Of a DNA stretch of 64,000 nt, positions 37,432-48,344 are shown piece after piece. The translations under genes and the position numbers were made by a program. This DNA comes from Candidatus Woesebacteria bacterium (GTDB lineage Bacteria; Patescibacteriota; Microgenomatia; UBA8517): positions 14,825-78,824 of the forward strand of contig DMZH01000002.1 in assembly GCA_003484955.1 (NCBI GenBank). The letters are read 5' to 3'. The notes below the pieces were generated by a model. The model searched no databases. It had not been told where the DNA came from and saw only the letters and a program-made list of their open reading frames with translations. Numbering within the stretch: the stretch's first letter is position 1; the number at the start of each line of letters is the position of its first letter.

Positions 37432-38916
37432 ATGATGAAAAAAAGGTTTTTCAAAATATTTATTTTGGTATTAGTGTTTCTTTTTACTTTTATTCTTCGT
37501 GCCCATAATTACGAAAGGGTTCCAACGGCGAACCATCTGGATGAACAACTTTATGCCCTTTCCGGAATTTATTTAATTGAAACTGGAACTCCTGTTTCAT
37601 GGTCGACTCTGGACTATCCCAAAAGTGCGGAAGTTTTCAAAGGTGTAATCTCGTATTTAGGTGGGGCGCCCTCGGCTTCAGTAACTTTATATAAGCCCTG
37701 GCTTGATGAACCACCGCTCTTTTCCTTATTGGTTGGGGAAGCGGCACATCTATTCAATGCTGACAGAAACGGTTTTATTCCTTCTTCATACATTAGGTTT
37801 CCGATGATTTTAATATCCGCCCTTACCTCAATCTTTGTTTTTTTAATTGCAAGAAAAGTAAGCGGCTACTGGATCGGAATTTTGGCGATTTTGATTTATG
37901 GGACCGAACCGATTATGGTAATGGCCGGGAGGTCGGCGATGCCGGAAACATTAATTGCCCTCCTTTTTTGTATTACTGTCTATCTTCTTTTGAAATATCA
38001 AAAAGTAAATAAGTTTGTATATCTTTTGCCAATCCCGTTTTTGGCCGGAATCGCAGGACTTTCCAAACCTACAGGTTACTTCATTCTACCTCTGGCCTTA
38101 TATGTGGTATTTGCCGAACTATATAAACATCAACCGGTTAAATGGAAGTCTATTGTGAAAAATCTTTCCTATTTAGTTCTTATGACATTGCCATTTGTGG
38201 CAGTCTACATTTGGTACGGCAACTATTTCAGTCCCGAAATATTCAAAAGAATTATCTCTATTCAGGGGTTCCGACCGGCAGGTTTTAATAGTTTGGCCTG
38301 GTTTTTTATTACTCCGAGTTTCGACATGTCGATTCTTAAAAGCGGATGGTATATTTTTGGTCTTGCCGCGGCTATCTTTTTTATATTCAAGCCAAAAGAA
38401 AAATCCGGTAAATTTATCAGTTTAAGTTTTGTTTACTGGCTGGCGATTGTGATGATGTCTTCGGGCGAATATGATCTTTTAGCCTGGTATCGTTTTCCAG
38501 CCTTACCATTTCTGGCGATCTTTAGTGCATGGGGAATCCGGTATATTTTTGAAAAAGCTGATTTTTTTATGACGTTTATTGCAGCCGGTTTTTTACTCGG
38601 CAGCAGGTCGCTTCTGGTAAATGCTTTTAGGCCGAATGTTGTCTCTGGAGTTTATCGCTCAACTTTTTTGGTTCTCATGGCTCCATCTTTGCTTAATACA
38701 ATATTCAACAAAAACTGGATCAAAAAAGTTTCACAAGCAATTATAGTTGGAATAGTCGTTGTCGGTATGTGGTGGAATGTAAAATATGTTTATAACGCCT
38801 ACGAACTTGATTGCGAGAGTAAAACCTGTCCGATGGTTCCATCAACAATTCTTTCAAGCCTCCACTATCCTTTTTTCTGGCGCTTCTTTGTATTGGGAGA
38901 ACCGGCCCTACGTTAA
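37432..38916 (+). CDS. GT-C fold glycosyltransferase, PMT_2/ArnT-like (divergent member)
   Basis: ILRAHNYERVPTANHLDEQLYALSGIYLIETG. Polytopic. Confidence 0.7.
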   Translation: MMKKRFFKIFILVLVFLFTFILRAHNYERVPTANHLDEQLYALSGIYLIETGTPVSWSTLDYPKSAEVFKGVISYLGGAPSASVTLYKPWLDEPPLFSLLVGEAAHLFNADRNGFIPSSYIRFPMILISALTSIFVFLIARKVSGYWIGILAILIYGTEPIMVMAGRSAMPETLIALLFCITVYLLLKYQKVNKFVYLLPIPFLAGIAGLSKPTGYFILPLALYVVFAELYKHQPVKWKSIVKNLSYLVLMTLPFVAVYIWYGNYFSPEIFKRIISIQGFRPAGFNSLAWFFITPSFDMSILKSGWYIFGLAAAIFFIFKPKEKSGKFISLSFVYWLAIVMMSSGEYDLLAWYRFPALPFLAIFSAWGIRYIFEKADFFMTFIAAGFLLGSRSLLVNAFRPNVVSGVYRSTFLVLMAPSLLNTIFNKNWIKKVSQAIIVGIVVVGMWWNVKYVYNAYELDCESKTCPMVPSTILSSLHYPFFWRFFVLGEPALR

Positions 38917-38961
38917 TCTATTTTACATGGGGTTTTGAAGCTGTTAACATTGAGAAGGAAT

Positions 38962-40611
38962 ATGAAAAAGATATTTTATCCTGTAATTCTGGGATTAATC
39001 GTTGCTCTGGCATTTTTCTTGAGGATTTACAAAGTTACTTCAATTCCGCCTTCTTTAAATTGGGATGAAGTTTCGATCGGATATAATGCCTACTCCATTC
39101 TTAAAACGAGTAAGGATGAATGGGGGGTTAAATTCCCGCTAAATTTTAAGTCTTACGGCGAATACAAACTTCCTGCCCAAATTTATGCTTCAATTCCGGG
39201 AATTGCCGTTTTTGGTTTAAATGAATTCGGGGTAAGGATTACGCCGGTAATTTATGGAGTATTAACCGTCTTACTGCTTTACCTTTTGGTCGAGGAAGCT
39301 TTTGGAAAAAGGTCGGTGTCCCTTATGTCGGCCTTTTTGCTTGCGGTTTCACCCTGGCATATTCAGCTGACCAGGGCTTCGTTTGAATCATCATTTGCCC
39401 TATTTTGGATTGTGATGGCGGTTTGGTTTTTTCTTAAGGGTCTGAAAAAGCCCAAATGGCTTATTTTTTCAATGCTTCCATTTGCCGTTTCGGTTTATAC
39501 ATACAATAGTGCCAGGGTTTTTACCCCGCTTTTCCTTTTTGCCTTGGCGATAGTTTTTAGGAAATACTTATGGGAAAAAAGAAAATGGTTCATTGCTGCA
39601 GGACTCCTTTTTACCGTTCTGATGATTCCGCTTGCACAGATGGTCGTTTCCGGAGAAGCTGCGGCCAGATATAAACTTGTCAGCATTACTGACGATAAAG
39701 GGCTGATTCCCCGGATCGATGAGAGGAGAAACAACTCCACTCTTCCAAAGTTTGTAACCAAGCTTGTTCACAACCGGTATACATATGTCAGTTTTTATTT
39801 CGCAGAAAATTATCTGGCTCATTTTACTCCGAACTTTCTTTTTATTGATGGGGCGGGACACAGACAGCACCATGTCCAAGGGGTGGGAGAGCTTTACTGG
39901 TTCCAAGCCCCGTTTATCCTTCTGGGATTTTATTATCTTTTCGGAAAAAAAGATCAAAGTTTGAAAGTTTTAACGCCCTGGCTTCTTTTGGCATTTGTTC
40001 CCGTAGCCATGACCAACGACAGCATTCCCAACGCCTTAAGAACACTAAATGCAGCTCCGGTTTACCAAATACTCACGGCTTTGGGGATTTACGCCGCCTA
40101 TAAGCAGATGAAGAATAAGAAGATTTTTTACTCTCTGATGGGTATAGCCATGGTGTTATTCTTGGCTAATTTCACCATTTATCTTAAAAATCTTTTTATA
40201 TATTATCCGGTACGTTATTCCCGGGACTGGCAATATGGGAATAAACAGGTCGTTGAATATATTGAATCGAACCAGGATAAATATGATCTGATTACTTTTA
40301 CCAGGCATTATGGGGAACCCCATATGTTTACTTTGTTTTATCTCAAATATAATCCCCTAAAATTCCAAGATAGCCCCAATCTTGATAGATTCGAAACACA
40401 CGATTGGGTCAGGGTTTTGAGATTTGATAAATATTATTTTTCGGATCTGGGGGATGAGGGAACACGCTACCAGGATATAGTCAATGCAAACCCCGGTAAG
40501 AAGATTCTTTTTATAGGAAAGCCGGGGGATTTTCCCGAGGGAACCCCTGTACTTAAACAGATTGATTTTCTAAACGGAGACAATGCATTTAGTATCGTTG
40601 AAAAAAGGTGA
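38962..40611 (+). CDS. GT-C fold glycosyltransferase, PMT_2/ArnT-like
   Basis: FLRIYKVTSIPPSLNWDEVSIGYNAYSILKTSKDEWGVKFPLNFKS, then VSPWHIQLTRASFE. Start at MKKIF is preceded by GAGAAGGAA. ORF-track start 38935 is possible. Confidence 0.75.
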   Translation: MKKIFYPVILGLIVALAFFLRIYKVTSIPPSLNWDEVSIGYNAYSILKTSKDEWGVKFPLNFKSYGEYKLPAQIYASIPGIAVFGLNEFGVRITPVIYGVLTVLLLYLLVEEAFGKRSVSLMSAFLLAVSPWHIQLTRASFESSFALFWIVMAVWFFLKGLKKPKWLIFSMLPFAVSVYTYNSARVFTPLFLFALAIVFRKYLWEKRKWFIAAGLLFTVLMIPLAQMVVSGEAAARYKLVSITDDKGLIPRIDERRNNSTLPKFVTKLVHNRYTYVSFYFAENYLAHFTPNFLFIDGAGHRQHHVQGVGELYWFQAPFILLGFYYLFGKKDQSLKVLTPWLLLAFVPVAMTNDSIPNALRTLNAAPVYQILTALGIYAAYKQMKNKKIFYSLMGIAMVLFLANFTIYLKNLFIYYPVRYSRDWQYGNKQVVEYIESNQDKYDLITFTRHYGEPHMFTLFYLKYNPLKFQDSPNLDRFETHDWVRVLRFDKYYFSDLGDEGTRYQDIVNANPGKKILFIGKPGDFPEGTPVLKQIDFLNGDNAFSIVEKR

Positions 40612-40622
40612 GATAAAGCATT

Positions 40623-41981
40623 ATGAAATCTAAAATAATATTTGCGTTTGTACTAATTCTTTTCTTAATCTCAAGGATTTATAAAATTGCCGAGATTCCA
40701 TCATCTGTTTATTGGGATGAAGCATCGATCGGATACAATGCTTTCGCGATAGCAACTGACCTGAAAGACGAATGGGGAGAGACTCTTCCTCTGCATTTCA
40801 GGGCTTTTGGGGAATTCAAGTTGCCTGTTTATATCTATTCGGTTGTACCGTTTGTTAAGATTCTTGGTCTTAATGAATATGCGGTCAGGCTTCCCGCGGT
40901 GCTCTACTCACTTGGAACTTTATTGCTGGCATATTTTTTAACAAAAAAAATCACAGGAAAGGAATTTATTGCTATTTTATCAAGTTTTATTTTGAGCATA
41001 TCACCTTGGTTATTTATTTTTTCAAGAACGGGATATGAGGCAACAGCCGGTCTTTTTTTCTTTCTTCTGGGAACATATTTGTTCCTTTTTATCGGCAAAA
41101 ATAGATTTCACATACTTTTTGGAACAATTGCCTTTATTCTTTCTTTCTATAGCTATAATTCGTTTCGAATTATCATCCCGATCTGGCTGGCAGCGCTTTT
41201 GGTGTATACATTTTACGAATTAAAAAACCTTAAGAAAAATTGGATCCTGGTTCTTGTCTCCTTATTATTTTTTACCGTAAGTCTGATTCCGGTTTATCGT
41301 CTTTACAAATTTGATACCGGAGGACTGCGTTTTGCACAAGTAGAAGTTGAGAGTACGAACGATTTTGTAAAAAATTATTTTTCGCAATTTAGCCCGCAAT
41401 TTTTATTTTTGAAGGGGGACGACAACCCCAGAAGCCAAATTCCAGGGAGAGGACAACTTTATTTAATTGAGATCCCGTTTATTATTTTGGGTTTGTTGGC
41501 AATCTATCGGAATAGAAAACTTTTGTACTACCTGCCGCTCTTGGCGCTTATCCTAGCTCCAATTCCGGCCGCCATTACCAGAGAGTCCCCACATGCATTA
41601 AGGGGAATTCTGGCTGCTCCGTCATTTGCGATCATATCTGCTTTTGGAATCCATTTTTTAATGGAAAGCTTTAAAAAATATTCGAAAATCATTTTTGCCT
41701 GCGTGGTTGCCGTATATGTTTTATCGTTTGAGGCATATCTTACCGGTTTTGTCACAAAATATGCCGTAGAAACGGCAAGTGACTGGCAATATCAGTATAA
41801 GGAAATTTTTGCCAATCAAAAGAGCGGTATAGTTACAGATAAATATGCAGAGCCTTATATATTTGCACTTTTCTATCTTAAATATCCACCGGAAAAATTT
41901 AGAGCTGAAGTAAAATACAACCCTGTTGATAAATGGGGTTTTTCGCTGGTTTCGTCTTTTAATGGTTTTCAATTTAAATGA
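40623..41981 (+). CDS. GT-C fold glycosyltransferase, PMT_2/ArnT-like
   Basis: ISRIYKIAEIPSSVYWDEASIGYNAFAIATDLKDEWGETLPLHFRAF, then ISPWLFIFSRTGYE. Confidence 0.75.
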   Translation: MKSKIIFAFVLILFLISRIYKIAEIPSSVYWDEASIGYNAFAIATDLKDEWGETLPLHFRAFGEFKLPVYIYSVVPFVKILGLNEYAVRLPAVLYSLGTLLLAYFLTKKITGKEFIAILSSFILSISPWLFIFSRTGYEATAGLFFFLLGTYLFLFIGKNRFHILFGTIAFILSFYSYNSFRIIIPIWLAALLVYTFYELKNLKKNWILVLVSLLFFTVSLIPVYRLYKFDTGGLRFAQVEVESTNDFVKNYFSQFSPQFLFLKGDDNPRSQIPGRGQLYLIEIPFIILGLLAIYRNRKLLYYLPLLALILAPIPAAITRESPHALRGILAAPSFAIISAFGIHFLMESFKKYSKIIFACVVAVYVLSFEAYLTGFVTKYAVETASDWQYQYKEIFANQKSGIVTDKYAEPYIFALFYLKYPPEKFRAEVKYNPVDKWGFSLVSSFNGFQFK

Positions 41982-43576
41982 AATATATAAAGACAATAAC
42001 TCTGACGCTTATAGTTGCACTGAGTGCATTTTTAAGAATTTATAAACTTGATCAAATTCCTGCTTCTTTGAATTGGGATGAGGTGGATGCCGGCTACAAC
42101 GCCTATACAATAGCCAACTGGGGGGTTGATGAGTGGGGAGTTAAATTTCCTTTGGTCTTCCAATCTTTTTATGACGATAAGCACCCTGTTCACATCTATA
42201 TAACATCTGTCTTTATAAAATTTTTGGGACTTAGTGATTTTAACACCCGGCTGCCGAGTGCTATTTTTGGCAGTTTAGGGGTTTTGGTAATTTTTTTCCT
42301 AGCAAAATATTTGTTTAAAAAAGATCTCCCTGCGTATTTTGCGGCAATATTTTTGGCAATATCTCCTTATCACTTGCAATTTTCAAGGGGACTCTGGGAG
42401 GTTAATTTTGCTTTCTTTTTCTTCATTTTCGGGTTGTTATTTTTCTTTTTGGGAAAAGAAAAAAACCAATGGTATTTCCCTGTTTCCTTTTTAGGATTTG
42501 GTTTAAGTATGTATTCTTATCATTCTTCAAAGATTGTAATTCCTCCGATGATTATCCTTCTTTGTGTTTTGTATTTTAAAGATTTGATGAAAAACAAAAA
42601 GGCATTTCTCGCCAGTTTCCTGGTTCTGGCAATTTTTGTTATTGGTTTTATCTATAATCCGAAACTTTTGGGTTTTGCCAGGGTGGAGCAAAACCGATTT
42701 TCCGATGAGATTATAAAGGCAACGGCCCTTTATAAAAAAACCGGAAACAAATATTTGGGAACCGCCGAAATAGCTACCGGCAATTATATAAAATATTTCT
42801 CTTTGGATTATTTGTTTATCCATGGGGATCAAAATCCGAGAAACTCGGTAAAGGTGTTCGGAGAATTATATAAAATTGACGCGATTCTTTTTGGGATAGG
42901 ACTCCTTTTTATGATTATTAAGCCACGCAAAGTTTGGCTGGTTCTTGCCGCCTGGGTTGCCCTTGCCCCGATACCGGGGGCTTTATCAGGCTTTACCCCA
43001 AACGCCGCCAGAGGACTTTTTATGATGGGAAGCGTTCAGTTGGTTGCCGCATACGGACTTTTCAGTCTAGTAAATTTATTTAAGAATAAATTGATTCAAG
43101 GCATCGTTGTTACTGCAGTTTTTATTCCTCTTTTTTGGGAATCTTCGAGCTATCTGAAATATTATTATTCCGAATACGCTAAAAAAGATGCTATCGAATG
43201 GCAATACGGAATGAAGCAAATCGCAATTTACATTAAGGATCACCCTTATTACGACAGAGTTTATATGACCAAAGAACGACAACAGCCGTACATTTTTGTT
43301 TTGAATTATCTGAAGTATCCCGTAAGAAATTTCCTGAACACTGTTCAGTATGACGAGAGCCGGAGTAAAAGCTACAACGTTGCCAGGTCATTCGGTAAAT
43401 TCCAGTTCTCGGACTGGAACACGGTAGAAAGTTACCCCGTTCCCTTCGTCCTTTATGTTCTTACTCCAAGTCAGTATGATGGACTAAGGTATAGGTTGAT
43501 GTTTGATGTTAAGGATTTGATAAAATATCCCGACGGATCAAACGCTTACTTTTTAGTGGAGGCGAGTGAATACTAA
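41978..43576 (+). CDS. GT-C fold glycosyltransferase, PMT_2/ArnT-like
   Basis: FLRIYKLDQIPASLNWDEVDAGYNAYTIANWGVDEWGVKFPLVFQSF, then ISPYHLQFSRGLWE. ATGA overlap. Confidence 0.75.
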   Translation: MKYIKTITLTLIVALSAFLRIYKLDQIPASLNWDEVDAGYNAYTIANWGVDEWGVKFPLVFQSFYDDKHPVHIYITSVFIKFLGLSDFNTRLPSAIFGSLGVLVIFFLAKYLFKKDLPAYFAAIFLAISPYHLQFSRGLWEVNFAFFFFIFGLLFFFLGKEKNQWYFPVSFLGFGLSMYSYHSSKIVIPPMIILLCVLYFKDLMKNKKAFLASFLVLAIFVIGFIYNPKLLGFARVEQNRFSDEIIKATALYKKTGNKYLGTAEIATGNYIKYFSLDYLFIHGDQNPRNSVKVFGELYKIDAILFGIGLLFMIIKPRKVWLVLAAWVALAPIPGALSGFTPNAARGLFMMGSVQLVAAYGLFSLVNLFKNKLIQGIVVTAVFIPLFWESSSYLKYYYSEYAKKDAIEWQYGMKQIAIYIKDHPYYDRVYMTKERQQPYIFVLNYLKYPVRNFLNTVQYDESRSKSYNVARSFGKFQFSDWNTVESYPVPFVLYVLTPSQYDGLRYRLMFDVKDLIKYPDGSNAYFLVEASEY

Positions 43577-44431
43577 ATGAATAAATTGTCGGTAGTACTG
43601 GCTACAAGGAACGAGGAGGCAAATATCAAACGATGTCTGGAGTCGGTTAAAGACATTGCCGATGAAATTATAGTTGTTGACGAATACTCAACCGACAGAA
43701 CCCGGAAAATTGCGGAAGAGTTGGGCGCTAAAGTTTTTAAAGAACCACATCACGAAATCTTCCACATAACAAAAGAAAAAGCCCTGGAGAAGGCAACCGG
43801 AGATTGGATTTTACAGTTAGATGCCGATGAAGTTATTACTCCAGAGTTGGCGGGGGAGATTAGATCGGTAATTAATAATCAGAAATTGGAAATTCCACCG
43901 GATAAAATGCGGCTATTTGCCCGCCATCAGGAGTTGGTTGAAAAAAGAGACGGGGCAATAGGAAAGAAGGCCGGCGGCGATGTCGCCGGTTATTTTATTC
44001 CCAGACGCAATATTTTTTTGGGAAAGCCTCTGATTCACGCCGGAGTTTATCCTGATGGAGTAATACGTTTAGTTAAAAACGGAAAAGCTAGTTTTCCCCA
44101 AAAATCAGTGCACGAACAAATTGAAATTGACGGCGAAGTTTCCTGGCTGTCGCGTGACCTATTGCATTACGATTCCCCAACTCTTGCCAAATATTTAATG
44201 CGGCTAAACCGCTATACCGATCTTCATGCCGGGGAGCTGAAAAAGAAAAAAGTTCCTAAAAATATATTTTTCTTTGTCCATTATTTGTTATTCAAACCGC
44301 TTTACACTTTTCTTAACCTTTATATTCGTCATCTTGGTTTTTTGGACGGCGCTAGAGGATTTTTGTGGAGTTTTTTCTCCGCGTCCCATTTTCCGGTTTC
44401 ATACTTTAAATATCTGACAGGTAGGGATTAA
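43577..44431 (+). CDS. GT2 glycosyltransferase, KdtX/WaaE-like
   Basis: LSVVLATRNEEANI...LQLDADEV...VYPDGVIRLVKNGKASF. Confidence 0.75.
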   Translation: MNKLSVVLATRNEEANIKRCLESVKDIADEIIVVDEYSTDRTRKIAEELGAKVFKEPHHEIFHITKEKALEKATGDWILQLDADEVITPELAGEIRSVINNQKLEIPPDKMRLFARHQELVEKRDGAIGKKAGGDVAGYFIPRRNIFLGKPLIHAGVYPDGVIRLVKNGKASFPQKSVHEQIEIDGEVSWLSRDLLHYDSPTLAKYLMRLNRYTDLHAGELKKKKVPKNIFFFVHYLLFKPLYTFLNLYIRHLGFLDGARGFLWSFFSASHFPVSYFKYLTGRD

Positions 44432-44440
44432 AATTAATTA

Positions 44441-45178
44441 ATGGATCTTCAAAATAAAAACATTGTGATTACGGGAACTACAGGGGGAATCGGCAGGGAA
44501 CTTGTTGGGCTGTTGGATGGGGAAGGGGCTACATTGATATTGATTGCCAGATCAGAGGACGAACTTCGAAATCAGGCAAAAGACTTGAAGAGTGAGTGTC
44601 AGTATTTTGCCTGCGATTTTACCAACCAGAAAAAAGTCGAGGTGCTAGCCCGGCAAATTTCGAAGAAGTTTAAAACGATAGATATTTTAATTAATGCCGC
44701 GGGGGTTGGAATATACAAAGACTTAGAAGAAGAAACCTTAGAGGAGTGGAATAACTCGATGAATATTAATGTTACCTCACAGTTTATTTTAATCAAGAAT
44801 CTGATCAAAAATTTACAAAAGCCAAAAAGCTCATTAGTACTAAGTATCGGGTCGGGTGCGGGAGTAATTCCCATGGCAGGCAGAAGCATCTACTGTGTCA
44901 GTAAATTTGCCGTCCGCGGTTTAACTTTAAGCCTGGCTGAAGAGTATAAAAGGTCATCTGTGGATTTTTGCCTAATAACGTTGGGAAGTACACTTACAAG
45001 CTTCGGCCCAAAGAGCTACGATCAAAAAAAGACTGAGATGGAGAAAGGAAAGAAAGCCTATTTCACCCCTGACTGGGTTGCAGGTAAGCTCCTGGAAATA
45101 ATAAAAGACGAAGATAGAAGAGTAGAGTACACCTTGTTTCCCTCGCATTATGCCTCCGAGTGGCAGAAACACTCATAA
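44441..45178 (+). CDS. classical short-chain dehydrogenase/reductase (SDR)
   Basis: ITGTTGGIGREL matches TGxxxGIG. The NAAG motif and catalytic YCVSK (YxxxK) are present. Confidence 0.8.
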   Translation: MDLQNKNIVITGTTGGIGRELVGLLDGEGATLILIARSEDELRNQAKDLKSECQYFACDFTNQKKVEVLARQISKKFKTIDILINAAGVGIYKDLEEETLEEWNNSMNINVTSQFILIKNLIKNLQKPKSSLVLSIGSGAGVIPMAGRSIYCVSKFAVRGLTLSLAEEYKRSSVDFCLITLGSTLTSFGPKSYDQKKTEMEKGKKAYFTPDWVAGKLLEIIKDEDRRVEYTLFPSHYASEWQKHS

Positions 45179-45207
45179 TTTGCCCTAACCTGCGGTATAA
45201 TTTAAAT

Positions 45208-46224
45208 ATGCTTAAGATTGCAGTTGATGAGGGGCCTTTAAAAAGCGGAGATCGCGTCCGGGGAATTGGAGTTTATACAAGAGAACTACTGAAAGCATTA
45301 AAGATAGAAGGTGTTGATGTATCCGGTTCCGATTTGAGTAAATACGATGTTATCCATTTTACCCGTTTTAATCCGTTTTTTATTTCCATTCCTTTCAAAA
45401 AGCCGGAGCATGTAAAATTTGTTTTAACTATTTACGACCTTATCCCCCTTATTTATCCCGACCATTACCCACCCGGGATCAAAGGAATGATTAATTGGCA
45501 GATTAATAAATTTCTTATCAGAAAAAATATAGACGCAGTTATTACAATTTCAGAGACCTCCAAAAAAGATATTTGCCGATTTATTGGCATAAACTCGAAT
45601 AAAATTCATGTCACATATCTTGCTCCCCGTCCGATATTCAAAAAAGATACATCATCAATGCCAGAAGTTGCAAAACACTATGGCCTACCGGAATGTTTTG
45701 CTTTGTATGTAGGGGACGTTAATTATAATAAAAATATTCCAAATCTTGTTAAGTCCTGCAAAATAGCCAAAATTCCGTTAGTTATAGTGGGTAAGCAGGC
45801 GTTTGAAGTTGAAAATTTAGATTTGGAGCACCCAGAACTTAGTCATCTAAAAAATATCGATTGGTCGGGTGTTTTAAGACTCGGGTTTGTTCCCGATGAA
45901 GATCTCGTTAAGATTTACAATTTAGCCGATGTCTATGTACAGCCATCGCTGTATGAAGGCTTTGGTCTCCCTGTTTTGGAAGCAAATGCTGCGGGAATTC
46001 CTGTAGTTTCATCAAAAACCCAGGCTTTAGTGGAAATAGCTGAAGACGCCGTACTTTTTGCCAATCCTGAAAGTCCAGAGGATTTCGCAGAAAAAATAAA
46101 GTTGTTGCTTAATGATTCAAAATTAAAAAATGAATTAATTCAAAAAGGATCGGAAAATGCCAAAAAATACAGTTGGGAAAAGACAGCAAATGAAACCTAC
46201 AAAATCTATTCCAAAATCGCATAG
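45208..46224 (+). CDS. GT4 (GT-B) glycosyltransferase
   Basis: EX7E motif YEGFGLPVLEANAAGIPVV. Start taken at MLKIAVDE; ORF-track start 45160 is possible. Confidence 0.8.
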   Translation: MLKIAVDEGPLKSGDRVRGIGVYTRELLKALKIEGVDVSGSDLSKYDVIHFTRFNPFFISIPFKKPEHVKFVLTIYDLIPLIYPDHYPPGIKGMINWQINKFLIRKNIDAVITISETSKKDICRFIGINSNKIHVTYLAPRPIFKKDTSSMPEVAKHYGLPECFALYVGDVNYNKNIPNLVKSCKIAKIPLVIVGKQAFEVENLDLEHPELSHLKNIDWSGVLRLGFVPDEDLVKIYNLADVYVQPSLYEGFGLPVLEANAAGIPVVSSKTQALVEIAEDAVLFANPESPEDFAEKIKLLLNDSKLKNELIQKGSENAKKYSWEKTANETYKIYSKIA

Positions 46225-47389
46225 TGATTTTTGGAAAATTCTCCCGATTTTTGTCACCTGGAGAATTATTCTTTTTGTATTGGCCTTTCTGGCGGTATTT
46301 TTCATAACAAAGTTTGGAAACAGATTCCCTTATGCCGATAGAGTTCTTTCCATCACCAATCTACCCAGTTGGGTTTGGGGTTTTGGGAACTTTGACGGAG
46401 TTCATTATTTGAAACTTGCACAGAATGGATACGAGGCTCAGTATTCACAGGCTTTCTTTCCACTTTATCCACTTTTAATAAAGCTTTTTAACTTTTTTCC
46501 AAAGGGAAACCTCGATCCGAGCCTTTACACCGACCCTTCGTATTTTTATACCGGGATCATTCTCTCCACCGCGCTCTTTATAGCCGCTTTATACTTCCTT
46601 CTTAAACTTTGGGGTAAGGAATATAGTTCAAAGGTTGCTTGGCTATCAATTCTCCTTCTGCTTTCATTTCCGACATCCTTTTATTTCGGAGCCATATATT
46701 CCGAATCGCTTTTTTTTCTCTTGGCCGTACTTACTTTTTGGTTTGTCAAAAAGGATAAGTTTATCCTTGCCGGCATTATGGTGGCACTAGCATCGGCTAC
46801 CAAGGTTCAGGGAGTGCTTTTAACTGTCTTTCTGGCGGTTGAGTTATGGGAAAAATATAAAGGTAGGATTAAAAATGCGGGGAAGGACTTATTACGGGAC
46901 GTATTTGGGGTAATAATTTCTCCATTGGGGCTTTTTGCTTATATGTACTATTTATACAGGAAGTTCAGCGACCCTATTTACTTTTTGACTGTTCAGCCTG
47001 CTTTCGGTGCCGAAAGAAGTAGTCTGCCTTTAGTCACACTGCCACAGGTAATTTATCGGTATGTAAAAATGCTTTTTAGCTTGGATCCGGGCAGTTTAGG
47101 CTTTTGGAATGCAACCTTGGAACTTTTCGTAACGGTGATCTCAATTAGTGGGTTAATTTATGCATTCAGAAAAATTAAATTTTCATATTGGATATTTGTA
47201 GCATTAGTTGTGATTTTCCCAACAATGACAGGGACCCTTTCTTCTATGCCGAGGTACGTGCTTATGGCATTTCCGCTCCTACCTTTGATCGCCAAGTTTA
47301 ATAAAACCTCAAGATATATTATAATTGCCCAAGTACTTCTGGGGATAGTACTGGTAGCTCTTTTTATTAGAGGCTATTGGGTAGCATAA
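46190..47389 (+). CDS. GT-C-like mannosyltransferase, PIG-V (GT76)-like
   Basis: [18 protein letters not shown] resembles the W-D-x-x-H-F/Y-x-x-I-A-x-x-G-Y loop of the PIG-V/Gpi18 family. About 9 TM segments. Start could be 46157. Confidence 0.55.
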   Translation: MKPTKSIPKSHSDFWKILPIFVTWRIILFVLAFLAVFFITKFGNRFPYADRVLSITNLPSWVWGFGNFDGVHYLKLAQNGYEAQYSQAFFPLYPLLIKLFNFFPKGNLDPSLYTDPSYFYTGIILSTALFIAALYFLLKLWGKEYSSKVAWLSILLLLSFPTSFYFGAIYSESLFFLLAVLTFWFVKKDKFILAGIMVALASATKVQGVLLTVFLAVELWEKYKGRIKNAGKDLLRDVFGVIISPLGLFAYMYYLYRKFSDPIYFLTVQPAFGAERSSLPLVTLPQVIYRYVKMLFSLDPGSLGFWNATLELFVTVISISGLIYAFRKIKFSYWIFVALVVIFPTMTGTLSSMPRYVLMAFPLLPLIAKFNKTSRYIIIAQVLLGIVLVALFIRGYWVA

Positions 47390-47390
47390 T

Positions 47391-48344
47391 ATGGCAAAAA
47401 ATTTCTGGAAAGACAAATGTGTGGTTGTTACTGGAGGAGACGGCTTTTTGGGTAAGCATTTGATAGCAAAAATTAAATCGCAAAGCCCCAAAAGCATTTT
47501 TGTTCCGAAAAGACCAGAATACGATCTTCGAAAATATGAAGACTGCCTTAAAGTTGCCAAAAAGGGCGACGTTATAATTCACTTGGCCGCAAACGTCGGA
47601 GGAATTGGCTACAATAGGGAATTTCCGGCAACACTCTTTGACGACAATATACTCATGGGAACCTTCATGATGATGGCGGCGCGTGATGCAGGAGTTAAAA
47701 AGTATGTTGCTCTGGGAACCATCTGTGCATATCCAAAGTTTACCCCGGTTCCATTTAAGGAAGAAAATTTGTGGGATGGGTATCCCGAAGAAACAAACGC
47801 CCCCTACGGGCTTGCCAAAAAGATGCAATTGGTGCAAGCGGAGGCCTACAGGCAGCAACATGGCTTTAACGCAATCTTCCTTTTACCGGTAAATCTCTAT
47901 GGTCCAGGAGATAATTTTGACCCGAAATCCTCACACGTCATTCCTGCATTAATCCGAAAATTTGTAGATGCAAAGGAGAACGGAGATAAAGAGGTTGTTG
48001 TTTGGGGTAGTGGGCAAGCTTCAAGGGAGTTTTTGTATGTTGATGATGCAGCGGAAGCAATTATAAAAGCGGCTGAAAATTACAACAAGAGCGAGCCGGT
48101 TAACTTAGGGGCGGGTTTTGAAATTACAATCAAAGATCTGGCAAACCTGCTTAAAAAACTTACAGGCTATAATGGAAAAATTGTTTGGGATAGAAGTAAA
48201 CCCGACGGACAACCCCGACGCATGCTTGACGTTACCAGGGCTAAGCGTGAATTCGGGTTCACAGCCCCCACTTCATTTGAGGATGGTCTTAGAAAAACCA
48301 TTGAGTGGTATATTAGTCATCAACCATTAATCATCAATCATTAA
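47391..48344 (+). CDS. fcl: GDP-L-fucose synthase (GDP-4-keto-6-deoxymannose 3,5-epimerase/4-reductase)
   Basis: [14 protein letters not shown]...CAYPK...NAPYGLAKK...[24 protein letters not shown]...[17 protein letters not shown]...[12 protein letters not shown] is collinear with E. coli Fcl. Confidence 0.85.
   Translation: MAKNFWKDKCVVVTGGDGFLGKHLIAKIKSQSPKSIFVPKRPEYDLRKYEDCLKVAKKGDVIIHLAANVGGIGYNREFPATLFDDNILMGTFMMMAARDAGVKKYVALGTICAYPKFTPVPFKEENLWDGYPEETNAPYGLAKKMQLVQAEAYRQQHGFNAIFLLPVNLYGPGDNFDPKSSHVIPALIRKFVDAKENGDKEVVVWGSGQASREFLYVDDAAEAIIKAAENYNKSEPVNLGAGFEITIKDLANLLKKLTGYNGKIVWDRSKPDGQPRRMLDVTRAKREFGFTAPTSFEDGLRKTIEWYISHQPLIINH

Noticed and set aside
22946-43576. Paralogue arrays interpreted as mobile-element or IS-driven repeats
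   Set aside because: No transposase, integrase, inverted terminal repeats or target-site duplications are visible. The repeats are whole-gene tandem duplications with divergent sequences, consistent with ordinary gene-family expansion.
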